Assembly: GCA_964577595.1 (NCBI GenBank)
Contig: CAZNZK010000002.1
Coordinates: 1-50,870 of the forward strand
From: an uncultured Candidatus Saccharibacteria bacterium
GTDB lineage: Bacteria > Patescibacteriota > Minisyncoccia > Phycocordibacterales > JAKAEA01
Length of the DNA stretch: 50,870 nt
Direction: 5' to 3'
Shown: piece by piece, positions 27,415 to 37,003 of the stretch
Numbering within the stretch: position 1 is the stretch's first letter
Layout: each line of letters begins with the position of its first letter
Notes under the pieces: generated by a model
What the model saw: the letters and a program-made list of their open reading frames with translations, nothing else
What the model was told of the DNA's origin: nothing
Database searches by the model: none
Program-made: the position numbers and the translations under genes

Positions 27415-30400
27415 TATTCTAAGCTAACTGAAAATTCAAAATTCTCAATGGAAATTTTTTCCGCGGCAGAAAGCTTTTCGGCAAAAACCAGTTCTTTCGC
27501 CCGAGTGATATTTTTAACTTTATCCATAAACATTTTAAGCACGTGGCGACCCTCTGGAGAGGTGGCAATAGTAAGCGTAATGTCTTGACTTGGTAATAAA
27601 CCTTTCTTTTTTCGCAACTCCTGAATGAAGCGAATAAGATCACGAGCAACACCTTCCAGACGCAATTCCGGGGTGATGATTGTGTCTAGCGTCACTAATT
27701 CTGTTTGACTGCTGGTGTATACAATTTTCTTCACATTCAATTCATCCCTCATGAGTTCGTAGAGTTCGTCTTGAAATTCCGGATGTAGTACACCCTCACG
27801 ACCGACAGTCACAGTTGAAAGTGGCTGACGAATTTTGATACCAGCGGCCGCTCGAGCTTCCAAGGCAAGCGAAACGAGCATGCGGGCTTTGACCATGTTA
27901 GTAAGCAACTTCTCATCAGCCTTTTTAAATTCTGGCCAGGTTTCAAGGTGAACACTCTGCGCACCTTTGGCAGACTTCACTTTTTGATATAAATCCTCGG
28001 CGGCAAAAGGCATGAAGGGAGCCAGGAGCTTTGCCAATTCTTCCAACACAAAGCGTGTGGTAGCGAGAGCTTCCTCAGCATTCTCACCCTTGAAACGGTC
28101 ACGGGAGCGGCGAATATACCAGGTGGAAAGGTCGTCAAGAAAATCGCCAAAAGGCCGAGTGGCTTTATCTAATTCATAACGCTCCAGCGCGTCAGTTACC
28201 TCCCCGCCCACTTGTGCCAACCGCGCCAAAATCCACCGATCAAGAATATTTTTGCTTTTGGTGCTGGCCGCGACTTTTCCATCGGAATAGAGCGCGTAAA
28301 AAGCATACACATTGTCCAATCGATTACTGATTTTTTTAACGACTTCATCCAGGCCTTTTTCGGAAAAAGCTAGGTCCTCCGCCTTCACCACCGGCGACGA
28401 GAGCAAGTAGTAACGCATGGCATCGGCACCATATTTATTGAGTACTAAAGAAATGTCGGGGTAATTCTTGAGTTTTTTGGACAGTTTTTGGCGACCTGTT
28501 TCATCCAAAATAATACCGTTGACCACCACATTTTGATAGGGCGATTGACCAAAAAGACCGCACCCAAGAACTAAGAGGCTGTAAAACCAGCCGCGAGTTT
28601 GGTCCTGACCCTCAGCGATGAAGTTAGCCGGAAAACGCGATGGTTCTTTCTGATTTTTCTCCCCATGTTCAAAAGGAAAATGAACCGAGGCAAATGGCAT
28701 GGAGCCGGATTCATACCAAGTATCAAAAACATCTGGCACGCGATGCATCACCCCGCCGCATTTCGCGCAAGGAAACTCAGCTGCGTCCACAAACGGCCGA
28801 TGCAAATCAATAGTGAAATTCGCGTCGTGCGGCAAAGCGGAAAAAGGCACCTTTCGCACCTGCGCATTTTCCATCACCTCATGGCCAAAAGCCAACAACG
28901 GCCCAGCATGACTTACTACCAAGATAGTTTTACCGACGTATTTTGCGTCTATATCATAGAAAAATTCCTTGACCCGTTCCGCGGCGAGTTCTTTAGTTTC
29001 ATCACCGGCCGGAACCACACCGGAATGCACGGTGTATTGCACGTCCCTATTGGAGCGACTCTTGCCCTCAAAGGAAAACGAGCCGAGCTCACGCAAGCGA
29101 TCGTCAAACATGATTTCGCCCTTATAGCCAAGCGTTTCGGCCACAAGCTCGGCGGTTTCCCGAGTGCGCTCAAATGGCGAACTGAAAATGAAATCTATTT
29201 TTGCACCCTCATTAGCGACCAGTTTTTCTGCCGCTTTTACCACCTGCTTGCGGCCTGTAGCAGTGAGTGGGTCTTTATTCTTTTCATTAACACTCACGAT
29301 ATTGGCCACGTTGCTTTCGGCCTGGCCGTGACGCATTACAAAATAGGTATTGCGCTTCATTCTGCCGGCAAGCTCCGCAACAGAACCAATGAATTCCGGC
29401 TCATTGCATTTCTCGCAGATCCATACCGGTAATGGCGCACCCCAAAAACGCGAACGGGAAACGGCCCAATCCTTGGCATTTTTAAGCCAGTCGCCGAAAC
29501 GGCCTTCGCCTATTTCCGTCGGCACCCATTTCACTTTTTGATTCTCAGCAACGAGCTTCTCCTTAAGATCGGTTACTTTTACAAACCACGAAGTGGTTGC
29601 GTAATTTAAAAGCGGCGTGTCGCAACGCCAACAACACGGATACGAATGTTTAATTTTTTCTTTGGCAAATAGCGCGCCATGCTTCGCGAGATATTTAATG
29701 ATTTCAATATCGGTTTTCTGGTTGGCGTCCGGCTCTTCCTTTGTGGGCTTCGGCTTCACCAACAGGCCGACAAAATCGGTCACGTCCTTGGTAAAACGAC
29801 CGTCCATGCCAACAAATTGCGGTGCTGGTAAACCTTCTTTTAATCCCAATTCGTAATCGTCCTCCCCAAAGGCTGGAGCAATGTGCACTATCCCCGTACC
29901 ATCGGTGGTCGTAACAAAGTCGGCGGCCACTACAGTATATTTTTTGGAAGGTGTCGTTTCCGCATCAAGTCGTTTCAAAAACTCAAGATAATACGGAAAT
30001 ACGGGCTTATATTTTTTGCCGACCAATTTCGCGCCAAGAAATTCCTCTTCTATCGTATACGAATCCTTAATAACACCCAGCCGCTCTTTGGCTAAAATAA
30101 CCGTAACGCTCCCCTCTTTTGTTTCCACCCGAGCCCGCACATAGATCACATCGGCGTTTACCGCCAGCGCTGTGTTGTCGGGCAATGTCCAAGGTGTTGT
30201 CGTCCAGGCCAGTAGAAATGTTCCAGGGCCCTCAACCAGCTCAAATTTCACATAGACGGAAATATCAGTGAGCTCTTTATAATTGAGAGCTACTTCCAAA
30301 TTAGAAAGTGTCGTTTCATCGTGCGGGCACAAATGCATTGGCTTTAGCCCCCGGTATATCAAACCCTTTTCCTGGAGACGCTTGAATGACCACCAGATGG

Positions 30401-30872
30401 ATTCGGTGTAGCGCCAGTCCATGGTGAGATAGGCGTCGTCCATGTCTACAAAACGGCCAGTGCGCGGCACGATTTTCTTCCACACGGCATCGTAACGAAG
30501 CACGCTCGCCTTGGCGGCTGCATTGAATTTTTCAAGGCCATACTCTTCAACGGCCTTGCGCGTAGCAAGCCCGAGTTCTTTTTCCACTAAATTCTCAACG
30601 GGCAAACCGTGGCAATCCCAGCCCCAGCGCCGAGGCACATGGAAACCGCGCATCGTTTTGTAGCGCGGAATAGCGTCTTTAATAGTGCCCGCTAAAATGT
30701 GGCCGTAGTGCGGCTCGCCCGTGGCAAATGGTGGTCCGTCGTAAAAAATGAATTCTTTGCCGTTTTTTGTTTGCTCAAGGGTTTTTTCAAAGATTTTATT
30801 GACACGCCAAAATTCCAAAGTCGCTTCTTCGCGTAGAGCTATCGGAGACTTTTTTTCTTCTTCATTGCCCAT
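27414..30872 (-). CDS. ileS: Isoleucine--tRNA ligase (type 2) with an inserted histidine-phosphatase domain
   Basis: FYDGPPFATGEPHYGH, WGWDCHGLP, WTTTPWTLP, DWAVSRSRFWG, FDTWYESG, GQDQTRGWFY, KLSKK; RHG..N insert at ~28850-29355. Confidence 0.95.
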   Translation of the reverse strand: MGNEEEKKSPIALREEATLEFWRVNKIFEKTLEQTKNGKEFIFYDGPPFATGEPHYGHILAGTIKDAIPRYKTMRGFHVPRRWGWDCHGLPVENLVEKELGLATRKAVEEYGLEKFNAAAKASVLRYDAVWKKIVPRTGRFVDMDDAYLTMDWRYTESIWWSFKRLQEKGLIYRGLKPMHLCPHDETTLSNLEVALNYKELTDISVYVKFELVEGPGTFLLAWTTTPWTLPDNTALAVNADVIYVRARVETKEGSVTVILAKERLGVIKDSYTIEEEFLGAKLVGKKYKPVFPYYLEFLKRLDAETTPSKKYTVVAADFVTTTDGTGIVHIAPAFGEDDYELGLKEGLPAPQFVGMDGRFTKDVTDFVGLLVKPKPTKEEPDANQKTDIEIIKYLAKHGALFAKEKIKHSYPCCWRCDTPLLNYATTSWFVKVTDLKEKLVAENQKVKWVPTEIGEGRFGDWLKNAKDWAVSRSRFWGAPLPVWICEKCNEPEFIGSVAELAGRMKRNTYFVMRHGQAESNVANIVSVNEKNKDPLTATGRKQVVKAAEKLVANEGAKIDFIFSSPFERTRETAELVAETLGYKGEIMFDDRLRELGSFSFEGKSRSNRDVQYTVHSGVVPAGDETKELAAERVKEFFYDIDAKYVGKTILVVSHAGPLLAFGHEVMENAQVRKVPFSALPHDANFTIDLHRPFVDAAEFPCAKCGGVMHRVPDVFDTWYESGSMPFASVHFPFEHGEKNQKEPSRFPANFIAEGQDQTRGWFYSLLVLGCGLFGQSPYQNVVVNGIILDETGRQKLSKKLKNYPDISLVLNKYGADAMRYYLLSSPVVKAEDLAFSEKGLDEVVKKISNRLDNVYAFYALYSDGKVAASTKSKNILDRWILARLAQVGGEVTDALERYELDKATRPFGDFLDDLSTWYIRRSRDRFKGENAEEALATTRFVLEELAKLLAPFMPFAAEDLYQKVKSAKGAQSVHLETWPEFKKADEKLLTNMVKARMLVSLALEARAAAGIKIRQPLSTVTVGREGVLHPEFQDELYELMRDELNVKKIVYTSSQTELVTLDTIITPELRLEGVARDLIRFIQELRKKKGLLPSQDITLTIATSPEGRHVLKMFMDKVKNITRAKELVFAEKLSAAEKISIENFEFSVSLE

Positions 30873-30916
30873 AATGGCTCAAATATTAGCACTTTTTTAG
30901 GATTTTTGCTCCAAAT

Positions 30917-30952
30917 AAAAAGACCACCCGCGCATGTCCGACACGGGTAGTC
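30917..30952 (-). terminator. Intrinsic terminator after argS
   Basis: GACTACCCG...CGGGTGGTC followed by TTTTT on the minus strand. Confidence 0.6.
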
Positions 30953-31014
30953 CAGAGAACCGGCGAGGCCGCCGAGCTTCGCCGCCAGAGAGCAAAATCA
31001 CTTCAGATATTCTC

Positions 31015-32781
31015 TCACATCCTTTCCGGCGCGACAATACCGAGAAGCCACAGGCCATTTTTGAGAACTGTACCAATAGCGACAACAAGAGCGAGTTTTG
31101 CCTGTGACGCTTCTTTATTTTGTGCATCAACAATTTTCTCGGTGGCGTACCAATGATTGAATTCACTGGCGAGCGCGGTGAGATAGGTTGCGACGTGCTG
31201 TGGCGTATATTCCGCGGCGGCACGTTCCACAATTTCCGGAAAACGATAGAGCAGGCGGGTAAGAAGTTCGGCGCTTGGTGGAAGAGTGGCTTGAGCGCCC
31301 GACTCAAATTTTTCTTTCTTCGCTTTAGCAAGTAATGCCTGGGTGCGCACAAAAGTATATTGCAGATACGGCCCGGAATCGCCTTCAAAAGAAATAGATT
31401 GCTCCGGGTCAAAAACAACGTCGCGGCCAATAGACTGCTTCAGCACAGCGTATTTAAAAGCGGCAATGGCGATTTGCATGGCAATTTTCTGATCTTTTTC
31501 ATCCATTCTTTCCAGGGCATTCTCGGCAAGCTCGTGTAAAAGCGACTCGCCCGTAACCACGTTGCCAGTGCGCGAGCTCATTTTACTCTCCGCAAAACGC
31601 ATCATGCCGTGGCTTAGATGCTTGGTGCGAGCGGCAATTTCCGGGTAAAGCTCGGCGAGAGCGGCCATAACCACGCGAAAATAATCATTTTGCTCGTTGC
31701 CGGTGATAACTATGGATGTGTCAAAATCGTGAAGTTCAAATTTTTTCTTGGTGAGACCAAGCTCTTTGGCTTCATAAGTAGGAATGCCGTGCGAAGTAAT
31801 AAAAACCCGGTTGTGCAGGCCGGCTTCTTTCCCCTTCTTCTCTCCAGGATAAATTATGGCACCATCACTTTTTTCAAAAATGCCGCGCTCCAAGCCGAAC
31901 TTCACGATTTCCTCGCCAAAAGCGGCAATGTCGGACTCCCAAATCTGGTGATCAAACTTACTGCCCAAAAGCGCAAATATCTCATTGAAATGGTCAATGC
32001 TTGCCCGCTTGCCGAGCACGTAAAACTGACCCACTGTTTCATCGGAATGAGTGTAGATTTTATGATTGAGCGCGATGATTTCCTCCTTCACAGCGGCGTC
32101 TTTTTCATAGGTTTGCACGCCGAGCACGTAGGCCTTGCCAACAAAAGCGATTTTTTCAGCAAGGGGCAATGCGCGAAGCTCGGCAAGTTGCTCGGGCACC
32201 TGCTTGCCGGGGAATTTTTCCGCGGCCAACTTTTGCATACCCCACACAGCCATGGCTACGTTGAGGCCCACGTCGGAGCCATAAGTGGCGCGACGCACCT
32301 GGGCGCCAGAAAATTGTAGAAGCCGCGAGAGCGATTCACCTATAGCGTTACTCATGAGGTGGCCAATATGCAGAAGCTTGAATGCATTCGGATCGGTGTA
32401 TTCAATAATGGTTTTCTCCTTAAGAAGCTCAGTATTCTTGCCAAAATCTGCCGGGTTTTGAAGAATTTCCCCAATGGAATCGGCAAAGAATTTTTCGGTC
32501 AGAAAAAAATTAACGAAGCCAGCGCCGGCCACTTCAATTTTTGCGATTGGCGTATCGTCGCTCTTTTTTAATTCCGCCTCAAGAGCCGCCACGATTTTCT
32601 TTGCCACAGTTTGCGGCTTTTCCCTCATTTTCTTGGTTAAAACCAAAGCAATATTGGTGGAATAATCGCCAAATTTTAAATCAGTCGGATGCTCAAGGAC
32701 TATCACGGCTTCACCCTTTTCAATGCCGGCCGCCGCCAAAGCGTGTTCAACCAGAGAAATTATTTTTTCTTGAATTACCAT
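31015..32781 (-). CDS. argS: Arginine--tRNA ligase
   Basis: FGDYSTN.A, EYTDPN.FK.LHIGH, MSSRTG, FEGDSGPYLQY. Confidence 0.97.
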   Translation of the reverse strand: MVIQEKIISLVEHALAAAGIEKGEAVIVLEHPTDLKFGDYSTNIALVLTKKMREKPQTVAKKIVAALEAELKKSDDTPIAKIEVAGAGFVNFFLTEKFFADSIGEILQNPADFGKNTELLKEKTIIEYTDPNAFKLLHIGHLMSNAIGESLSRLLQFSGAQVRRATYGSDVGLNVAMAVWGMQKLAAEKFPGKQVPEQLAELRALPLAEKIAFVGKAYVLGVQTYEKDAAVKEEIIALNHKIYTHSDETVGQFYVLGKRASIDHFNEIFALLGSKFDHQIWESDIAAFGEEIVKFGLERGIFEKSDGAIIYPGEKKGKEAGLHNRVFITSHGIPTYEAKELGLTKKKFELHDFDTSIVITGNEQNDYFRVVMAALAELYPEIAARTKHLSHGMMRFAESKMSSRTGNVVTGESLLHELAENALERMDEKDQKIAMQIAIAAFKYAVLKQSIGRDVVFDPEQSISFEGDSGPYLQYTFVRTQALLAKAKKEKFESGAQATLPPSAELLTRLLYRFPEIVERAAAEYTPQHVATYLTALASEFNHWYATEKIVDAQNKEASQAKLALVVAIGTVLKNGLWLLGIVAPERM

Positions 32782-32800
32782 TTAGAATTTTTTAACGGAT

Positions 32801-33229
32801 TTATTTTCGGCCGGTGCTACCGAACTGACCCTTGCCGCGAGCGGATTCAGTCAGCGTATCAGTTTCCTCAATTTTAGCAATTTCCACGGGGAAAATGAGC
32901 AGCTGGGCGACCTTGTCGCCTTTCTCTACGGTATATGGCTTGTCGCCCAAGTTAACCAAATGCACGTTATATTCACCACGAAAACCAGCATCAAAAACTC
33001 CGCCCATAGTGTGCAAATTCGCTTTACTAATACTCCCCTTATCTTTAATGATGCCTGCGTAGCCGTGCGGGAATTCAATAGCTATACCATTATAAAAAAG
33101 GTAATGTTCGCCCGGCGCCAGGGTTTTTTCTTCCATGGAATAAAGGTCTAGGCCGACATCGCCCGGGTGGGCATAGCTCGGCACTTTAGCCTCCGGCTTC
33201 AGCTTTTGAATTTTAATAGTGATTGACAT
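32801..33229 (-). CDS. dut: dUTP diphosphatase
   Basis: DVGLDL, GVFDAGFRGE, GDKVAQL, RG.GQFGSTG. Confidence 0.95.
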   Translation of the reverse strand: MSITIKIQKLKPEAKVPSYAHPGDVGLDLYSMEEKTLAPGEHYLFYNGIAIEFPHGYAGIIKDKGSISKANLHTMGGVFDAGFRGEYNVHLVNLGDKPYTVEKGDKVAQLLIFPVEIAKIEETDTLTESARGKGQFGSTGRK

Positions 33230-33307
33230 GAAAAGAATTCCGTCTTGTGTCGCACAATTTTACCATTTCTTCAGAAATATTTCATCGGGTGGTGAAATAA
33301 TTACGGG

Positions 33308-33826
33308 ATGGAGAAAAATGAATCAATTATTCCTCTTGAACGAATTGCCCACTCTATTTTTATTATCCGTGGGCAGAAAGTGTTACTAGATAACGATCTG
33401 GCCTTATTATACGGAGTTTCCACTAAGCAGTTCAATCGTGCAGTACAAAGAAACTTAGGGAGATTCCCAGCCGATTTTATGTTTCAACTCACACCAGAAG
33501 AAACTAAACGTTTGAGGTGCCAAATTGGCACCTCAAACAAACGGGGCGGACGACGTTATCTTGCCTATGCCTTTACAGAACAAGGCGTCGCCATGCTTTC
33601 AAGTGTTTTACGAAGCAAACGAGCAATTCTGGTGAATATTGAAATCATGCGAACATTTACTCGATTACGGCAAATTCTAGCTACTAATAAAGACTTAGCC
33701 GAAAAATTGGCGGGTTTAGAAGAAAAATACGACAAACAATTAGACATAATTTTTGAAGCACTCAGAAGGTTAATGGATCCAGGAAGGTCTTTACACAAAG
33801 GCCCGATGGGTTTTCAGCCATCTTGA
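33308..33826 (+). CDS. ORF6N (KilA-N-like) domain DNA-binding protein
   Basis: I..IRGQKV.LD.DLA.LYGV.TK..N.AV.RN..RFP.DFMFQLT.EE; PYAFTEQGVAMLSSVL.S-type motif (YLAYAFTEQGVAMLSSVLRS); C-terminal coiled coil. Confidence 0.92.
   Translation: MEKNESIIPLERIAHSIFIIRGQKVLLDNDLALLYGVSTKQFNRAVQRNLGRFPADFMFQLTPEETKRLRCQIGTSNKRGGRRYLAYAFTEQGVAMLSSVLRSKRAILVNIEIMRTFTRLRQILATNKDLAEKLAGLEEKYDKQLDIIFEALRRLMDPGRSLHKGPMGFQPS
33510..33538. repeat. Perfect palindrome inside the ORF6N gene (encodes LRCQIGTS)
   Basis: GTTTGAGGTGCCAA-A-TTGGCACCTCAAAC, 14-bp arms. Confidence 0.9.
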
Positions 33827-33942
33827 AGTCACAAATTACGACTTCAAGATGACATCTTTGCGCCTTAAAATAGAGGTTCGAATCTTTGAGGTGCCAAACT
33901 GACACCTCAAACTTGATATCACAATTTGTGATCTCAAGTTTG
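33820..33942. repeat. Tandem array of four variant copies of the ORF6N palindrome
   Basis: Units at 33820-33850, 33843-33868 (degenerate), 33885-33911, 33908-33942; most follow TTGA-N7-A-N-T-N7-TCAA. Confidence 0.85.
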
Positions 33943-34138
33943 CAATTAGTACTGATCTTGCTGTAGTATCAATCCCAACATGCTTTGCACTAAGAACATT
34001 CAAACGTGGTCTGGCTTTGTACCCGCCATCCCCCACCTTCTATAAACAGGGCGGTTTTACACTAATTTAAAACAATCAAAACTGCCCTTGTCGGGTGGTT
34101 TTTTGTTCTTTTGGCTGTTCTTTTAGAAAGGAAAAATT

Positions 34139-34762
34139 ATGGAATACCGCGCAGTTGGAAATCGGTGTGCGGCAAACCTTGGTTCAATGCGCCTACCAGT
34201 GACGCATAAAGAAGCGCTTGCCATTCTCGTGAGTAAAGGATTCGGAGTTTTGGAGGTTGACTTGGTGGCCCTCGCTCGTCAATGTATTATGTCTTCAAAA
34301 TATCGACGTAGTGCAAAACCTTCCGAAGCGCCTGCGATAGTAGATTGCTCAAGCTTCATTAAGTGGCTGTATGCCCAACGTGGCATATGGCTTCCGCGCC
34401 GATCAATTCAACAACGCGATTGGCAACGAGATATCTCCCCTATTCCATTTCGTGAAATTATACGAAACGACGTTGTCTTTAGTTCCGGATGGATTGATTA
34501 CTACCACAACGACCCGTCGGATGGTGTGGGGCACGTCGGCCTCGCCACTGGAGAAGGAACAATTATTCATGCCGCCAATAAAAAAGTGGGTGTTGTAGAA
34601 ACCTCAACAGAAAAGTTCGTTGATGAAAGTAGGTTTCGCGGAGTTCGTCGTTACATTCCCAAAGGCGAAGATGTTCTCACTTTTGAAACCCCACCTGAAC
34701 GGGAAATTGAGACTGCGGATGATATACGATGGATCATCCTGCAATCTATCCCCAAGCATTAG
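34139..34762 (+). CDS. NlpC/P60 family cysteine hydrolase
   Basis: DCSSF..W.Y....I.LPR.S, GHVG..TG.GTIIHAA (Cys-His-His). Confidence 0.85.
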   Translation: MEYRAVGNRCAANLGSMRLPVTHKEALAILVSKGFGVLEVDLVALARQCIMSSKYRRSAKPSEAPAIVDCSSFIKWLYAQRGIWLPRRSIQQRDWQRDISPIPFREIIRNDVVFSSGWIDYYHNDPSDGVGHVGLATGEGTIIHAANKKVGVVETSTEKFVDESRFRGVRRYIPKGEDVLTFETPPEREIETADDIRWIILQSIPKH

Positions 34763-34771
34763 TTCTTTTTC

Positions 34772-34800
34772 AAAAGCCTCGGCGAGAACCGAGGCTTTTT
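34772..34800. terminator. Bidirectional terminator between the NlpC/P60 gene and glyA
   Basis: AAAA-GCCTCGG-6 nt-CCGAGGC-TTTTT. Confidence 0.85.
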
Positions 34801-34812
34801 CTTATTTTTCTA

Positions 34813-36003
34813 TTATGCTGATTTTCCCTTCCTCAAAACCGCGTCAATTTTAGCGGCGATTTTTTTCATGTCGCTCTCCTTGCGGCCGCGGGTGGTTTCA
34901 GCGGCGGAGCCGAGACGAATACCGGATGGATCCATGGGCGAACGAGTTTCGCCAGGAATAGTGTTTTTATTGACGATAATATCTGCCTTTTCCAGAAGTT
35001 CACTTGCCTCTTTGCCGGAAACGCCCAGGCCGTTGAGCCATGTATCCACAAGCACTAGGTGGCTGTCGGTGCCGCCGGAAACAATTTTCCAACCCTTTTT
35101 GCTTAATTCGTCGGCCAGAGTGGCGGCGTTTTTCACTACCTGTTTGGCATATTTTTTAAATGCGGGAGTAGCCGCTTCTTTGAGCGTCACGGCCACAGCG
35201 GCAATTTGGTTAAGATGTGGGCCACCCTGTAAACCCGGAAACACAGCTTTATCAATTTTCTTATCTAGCTCGCGTGCATCTTTGCGTACAAAAATAATAG
35301 CTGAACGCGGGCCACGAAGTGTTTTGTGCACCGTAGTAGTAACCACATCAGCATATTCAAACGGCGAGGGGTACGCACCGCCAGCGACAAGGCCAGCAAA
35401 ATGCGACATGTCTACCATGAGCGTCGGCTTCGGCGTAATGCCGTCAACAATTTCGCGGAATTTCTTGAAATCAATGCGACGTGGGTAAGCCGTGAAGCCA
35501 GCCACAATAACATCCGGCTTCTGCTCGGTGGCGATCTTCTTAATGTCATCGTAATCAATTTGCTCTGTTTGGCTATGGACGCCATAGGGCACCTGCACCC
35601 AGAATTTACCCGTAGCTGAAACTTTATGACCATGGGTTAAATGACCGCCGTTATCGAGTGACATGCCCATGATTTTTCCACCCGGCGGCACCAGTGCCAA
35701 ATACACTGCCAAGTTGGCAGGCGAACCCGAAAGTGGCTGAACATTCACGTGCCATTTGTCGGCCTTCAAACCGAAAAGTTTCAAAGCCCGCTCCTTTGCC
35801 AAATCCTCAATTTTGTCTATAAAAACCTGTCCGCCATAGTAGCGCTTGCCGGAATAACCTTCGGCATACTTATTGGTGAGCTCCGAGCCGAGAGCTTTCA
35901 AAACATCGTCGGAAACGTAATTTTCCGAAGCAATCAAATTAACCACTTTTTTCTGCCGCGCCTTTTCGCTTTTTATGAGTTTTTCTATCTGTTTGTCTTT
36001 CAT
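34813..36003 (-). CDS. glyA: Serine hydroxymethyltransferase
   Basis: LIASENY, NKYAEGY.GKRYYGG, GGHLTHG, TTVHKTLRGPR, FPGLQGGPH. Confidence 0.98.
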   Translation of the reverse strand: MKDKQIEKLIKSEKARQKKVVNLIASENYVSDDVLKALGSELTNKYAEGYSGKRYYGGQVFIDKIEDLAKERALKLFGLKADKWHVNVQPLSGSPANLAVYLALVPPGGKIMGMSLDNGGHLTHGHKVSATGKFWVQVPYGVHSQTEQIDYDDIKKIATEQKPDVIVAGFTAYPRRIDFKKFREIVDGITPKPTLMVDMSHFAGLVAGGAYPSPFEYADVVTTTVHKTLRGPRSAIIFVRKDARELDKKIDKAVFPGLQGGPHLNQIAAVAVTLKEAATPAFKKYAKQVVKNAATLADELSKKGWKIVSGGTDSHLVLVDTWLNGLGVSGKEASELLEKADIIVNKNTIPGETRSPMDPSGIRLGSAAETTRGRKESDMKKIAAKIDAVLRKGKSA

Positions 36004-36067
36004 AAAATTCTGTGTTTTATTTTGGACTTTTGTATGCCCACACTATAGCACATGGTAAAATCGGGAA

Positions 36068-36982
36068 ATGATAAAACCATACTCTGAAAGAACAGTCGAT
36101 ACCCAGTATCAGGATTTGCTCCGAGAAATCCTAGCTAAAGGTATTCGTACACCTAGCCAGCAAGGCGTTGACGCCCTCACCCTCATTGGCCCCAAGCCGC
36201 TTCATTTCAAGCTTGAAAACGGCTTTCCACTCATTACCGAAAGAAATATGGCTCCTAAAATCTCTGAGAAACTCCCAGTAACTATTTGGCAACAAGCTAT
36301 CGGCGAAATACTAGGCTTTGCCAATGGCGCACGCACCCAGGAAGAATTGGAAAAATTTGGCTGTTATTGGTGGCGTTGGTGGGTTACCAAAGAAAAATGT
36401 GAGAAGCGTGGTTTGAAAGAAGGTGACCTGGGTCCTGGTTCCTACGGCGCCGCTTTCCACGACTTCCCCACTGCCGACGGTGGTGCCTATAACCAGTTCA
36501 AAAATATTATTGAGCAAATAAAAGAAGAGCCGCAACTGCGCACTCATTTTATTACCCCATGGATTCCCCAATACACCATCCGTGGCAAAGGCAAACAGCA
36601 AAAGGTGGTGGTTGCTCCTTGCCACGGCTGGATTCACTTGCGAATCATTGAAAACAAGCTCACCTTGCACATGTATCAGCGCTCGTGCGACGTCCCCGTT
36701 GGCCTTCCTCAAAACCTCATCCAGTATGCCGCGCTCACGTTAGCAATCGCAAAAGTAACCGGCCTGGAACCCTACGAATACGTCCATAGTTTTTCTGATG
36801 CGCATATTTATGTTGACCAACAGCCCTCGGTAGAAACCATGCTCGCTCGAGAAGCTCGCGCTCTGCCCACGCTCACTTTAAAATCTGACAAAAAAGATTT
36901 TTTTGAATTTAGGCACACCGACTTTGCCCTTTCCGACTACAATCCGCACCCTGGCATCAAGGCCATTCCGGTTGCTATTTAA
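36068..36982 (+). CDS. thyA: Thymidylate synthase
   Basis: LG..YG, PCH catalytic Cys, YQRSCD...G.P.N, DAHIY, YNPHP.I...VA. Confidence 0.92.
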   Translation: MIKPYSERTVDTQYQDLLREILAKGIRTPSQQGVDALTLIGPKPLHFKLENGFPLITERNMAPKISEKLPVTIWQQAIGEILGFANGARTQEELEKFGCYWWRWWVTKEKCEKRGLKEGDLGPGSYGAAFHDFPTADGGAYNQFKNIIEQIKEEPQLRTHFITPWIPQYTIRGKGKQQKVVVAPCHGWIHLRIIENKLTLHMYQRSCDVPVGLPQNLIQYAALTLAIAKVTGLEPYEYVHSFSDAHIYVDQQPSVETMLAREARALPTLTLKSDKKDFFEFRHTDFALSDYNPHPGIKAIPVAI

Positions 36983-37003
36983 ACGCCGCCAACCCAACTC
37001 CCC

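Noticed and set aside
33820-33942. CRISPR array
   Set aside because: The units differ from one another, there are no unique spacers between constant repeats, and no cas genes are present.
33836-34036. 66-aa minus-strand ORF as a stand-alone gene
   Set aside because: No clear initiation signals and its only notable content is the palindrome array; treated as part of that finding.
36068-36982. thyA as a dCMP hydroxymethylase for DNA modification
   Set aside because: The specificity residue equivalent to E. coli Asn177 is Asn (PQN), and folA is adjacent, as for an ordinary thymidylate synthase.
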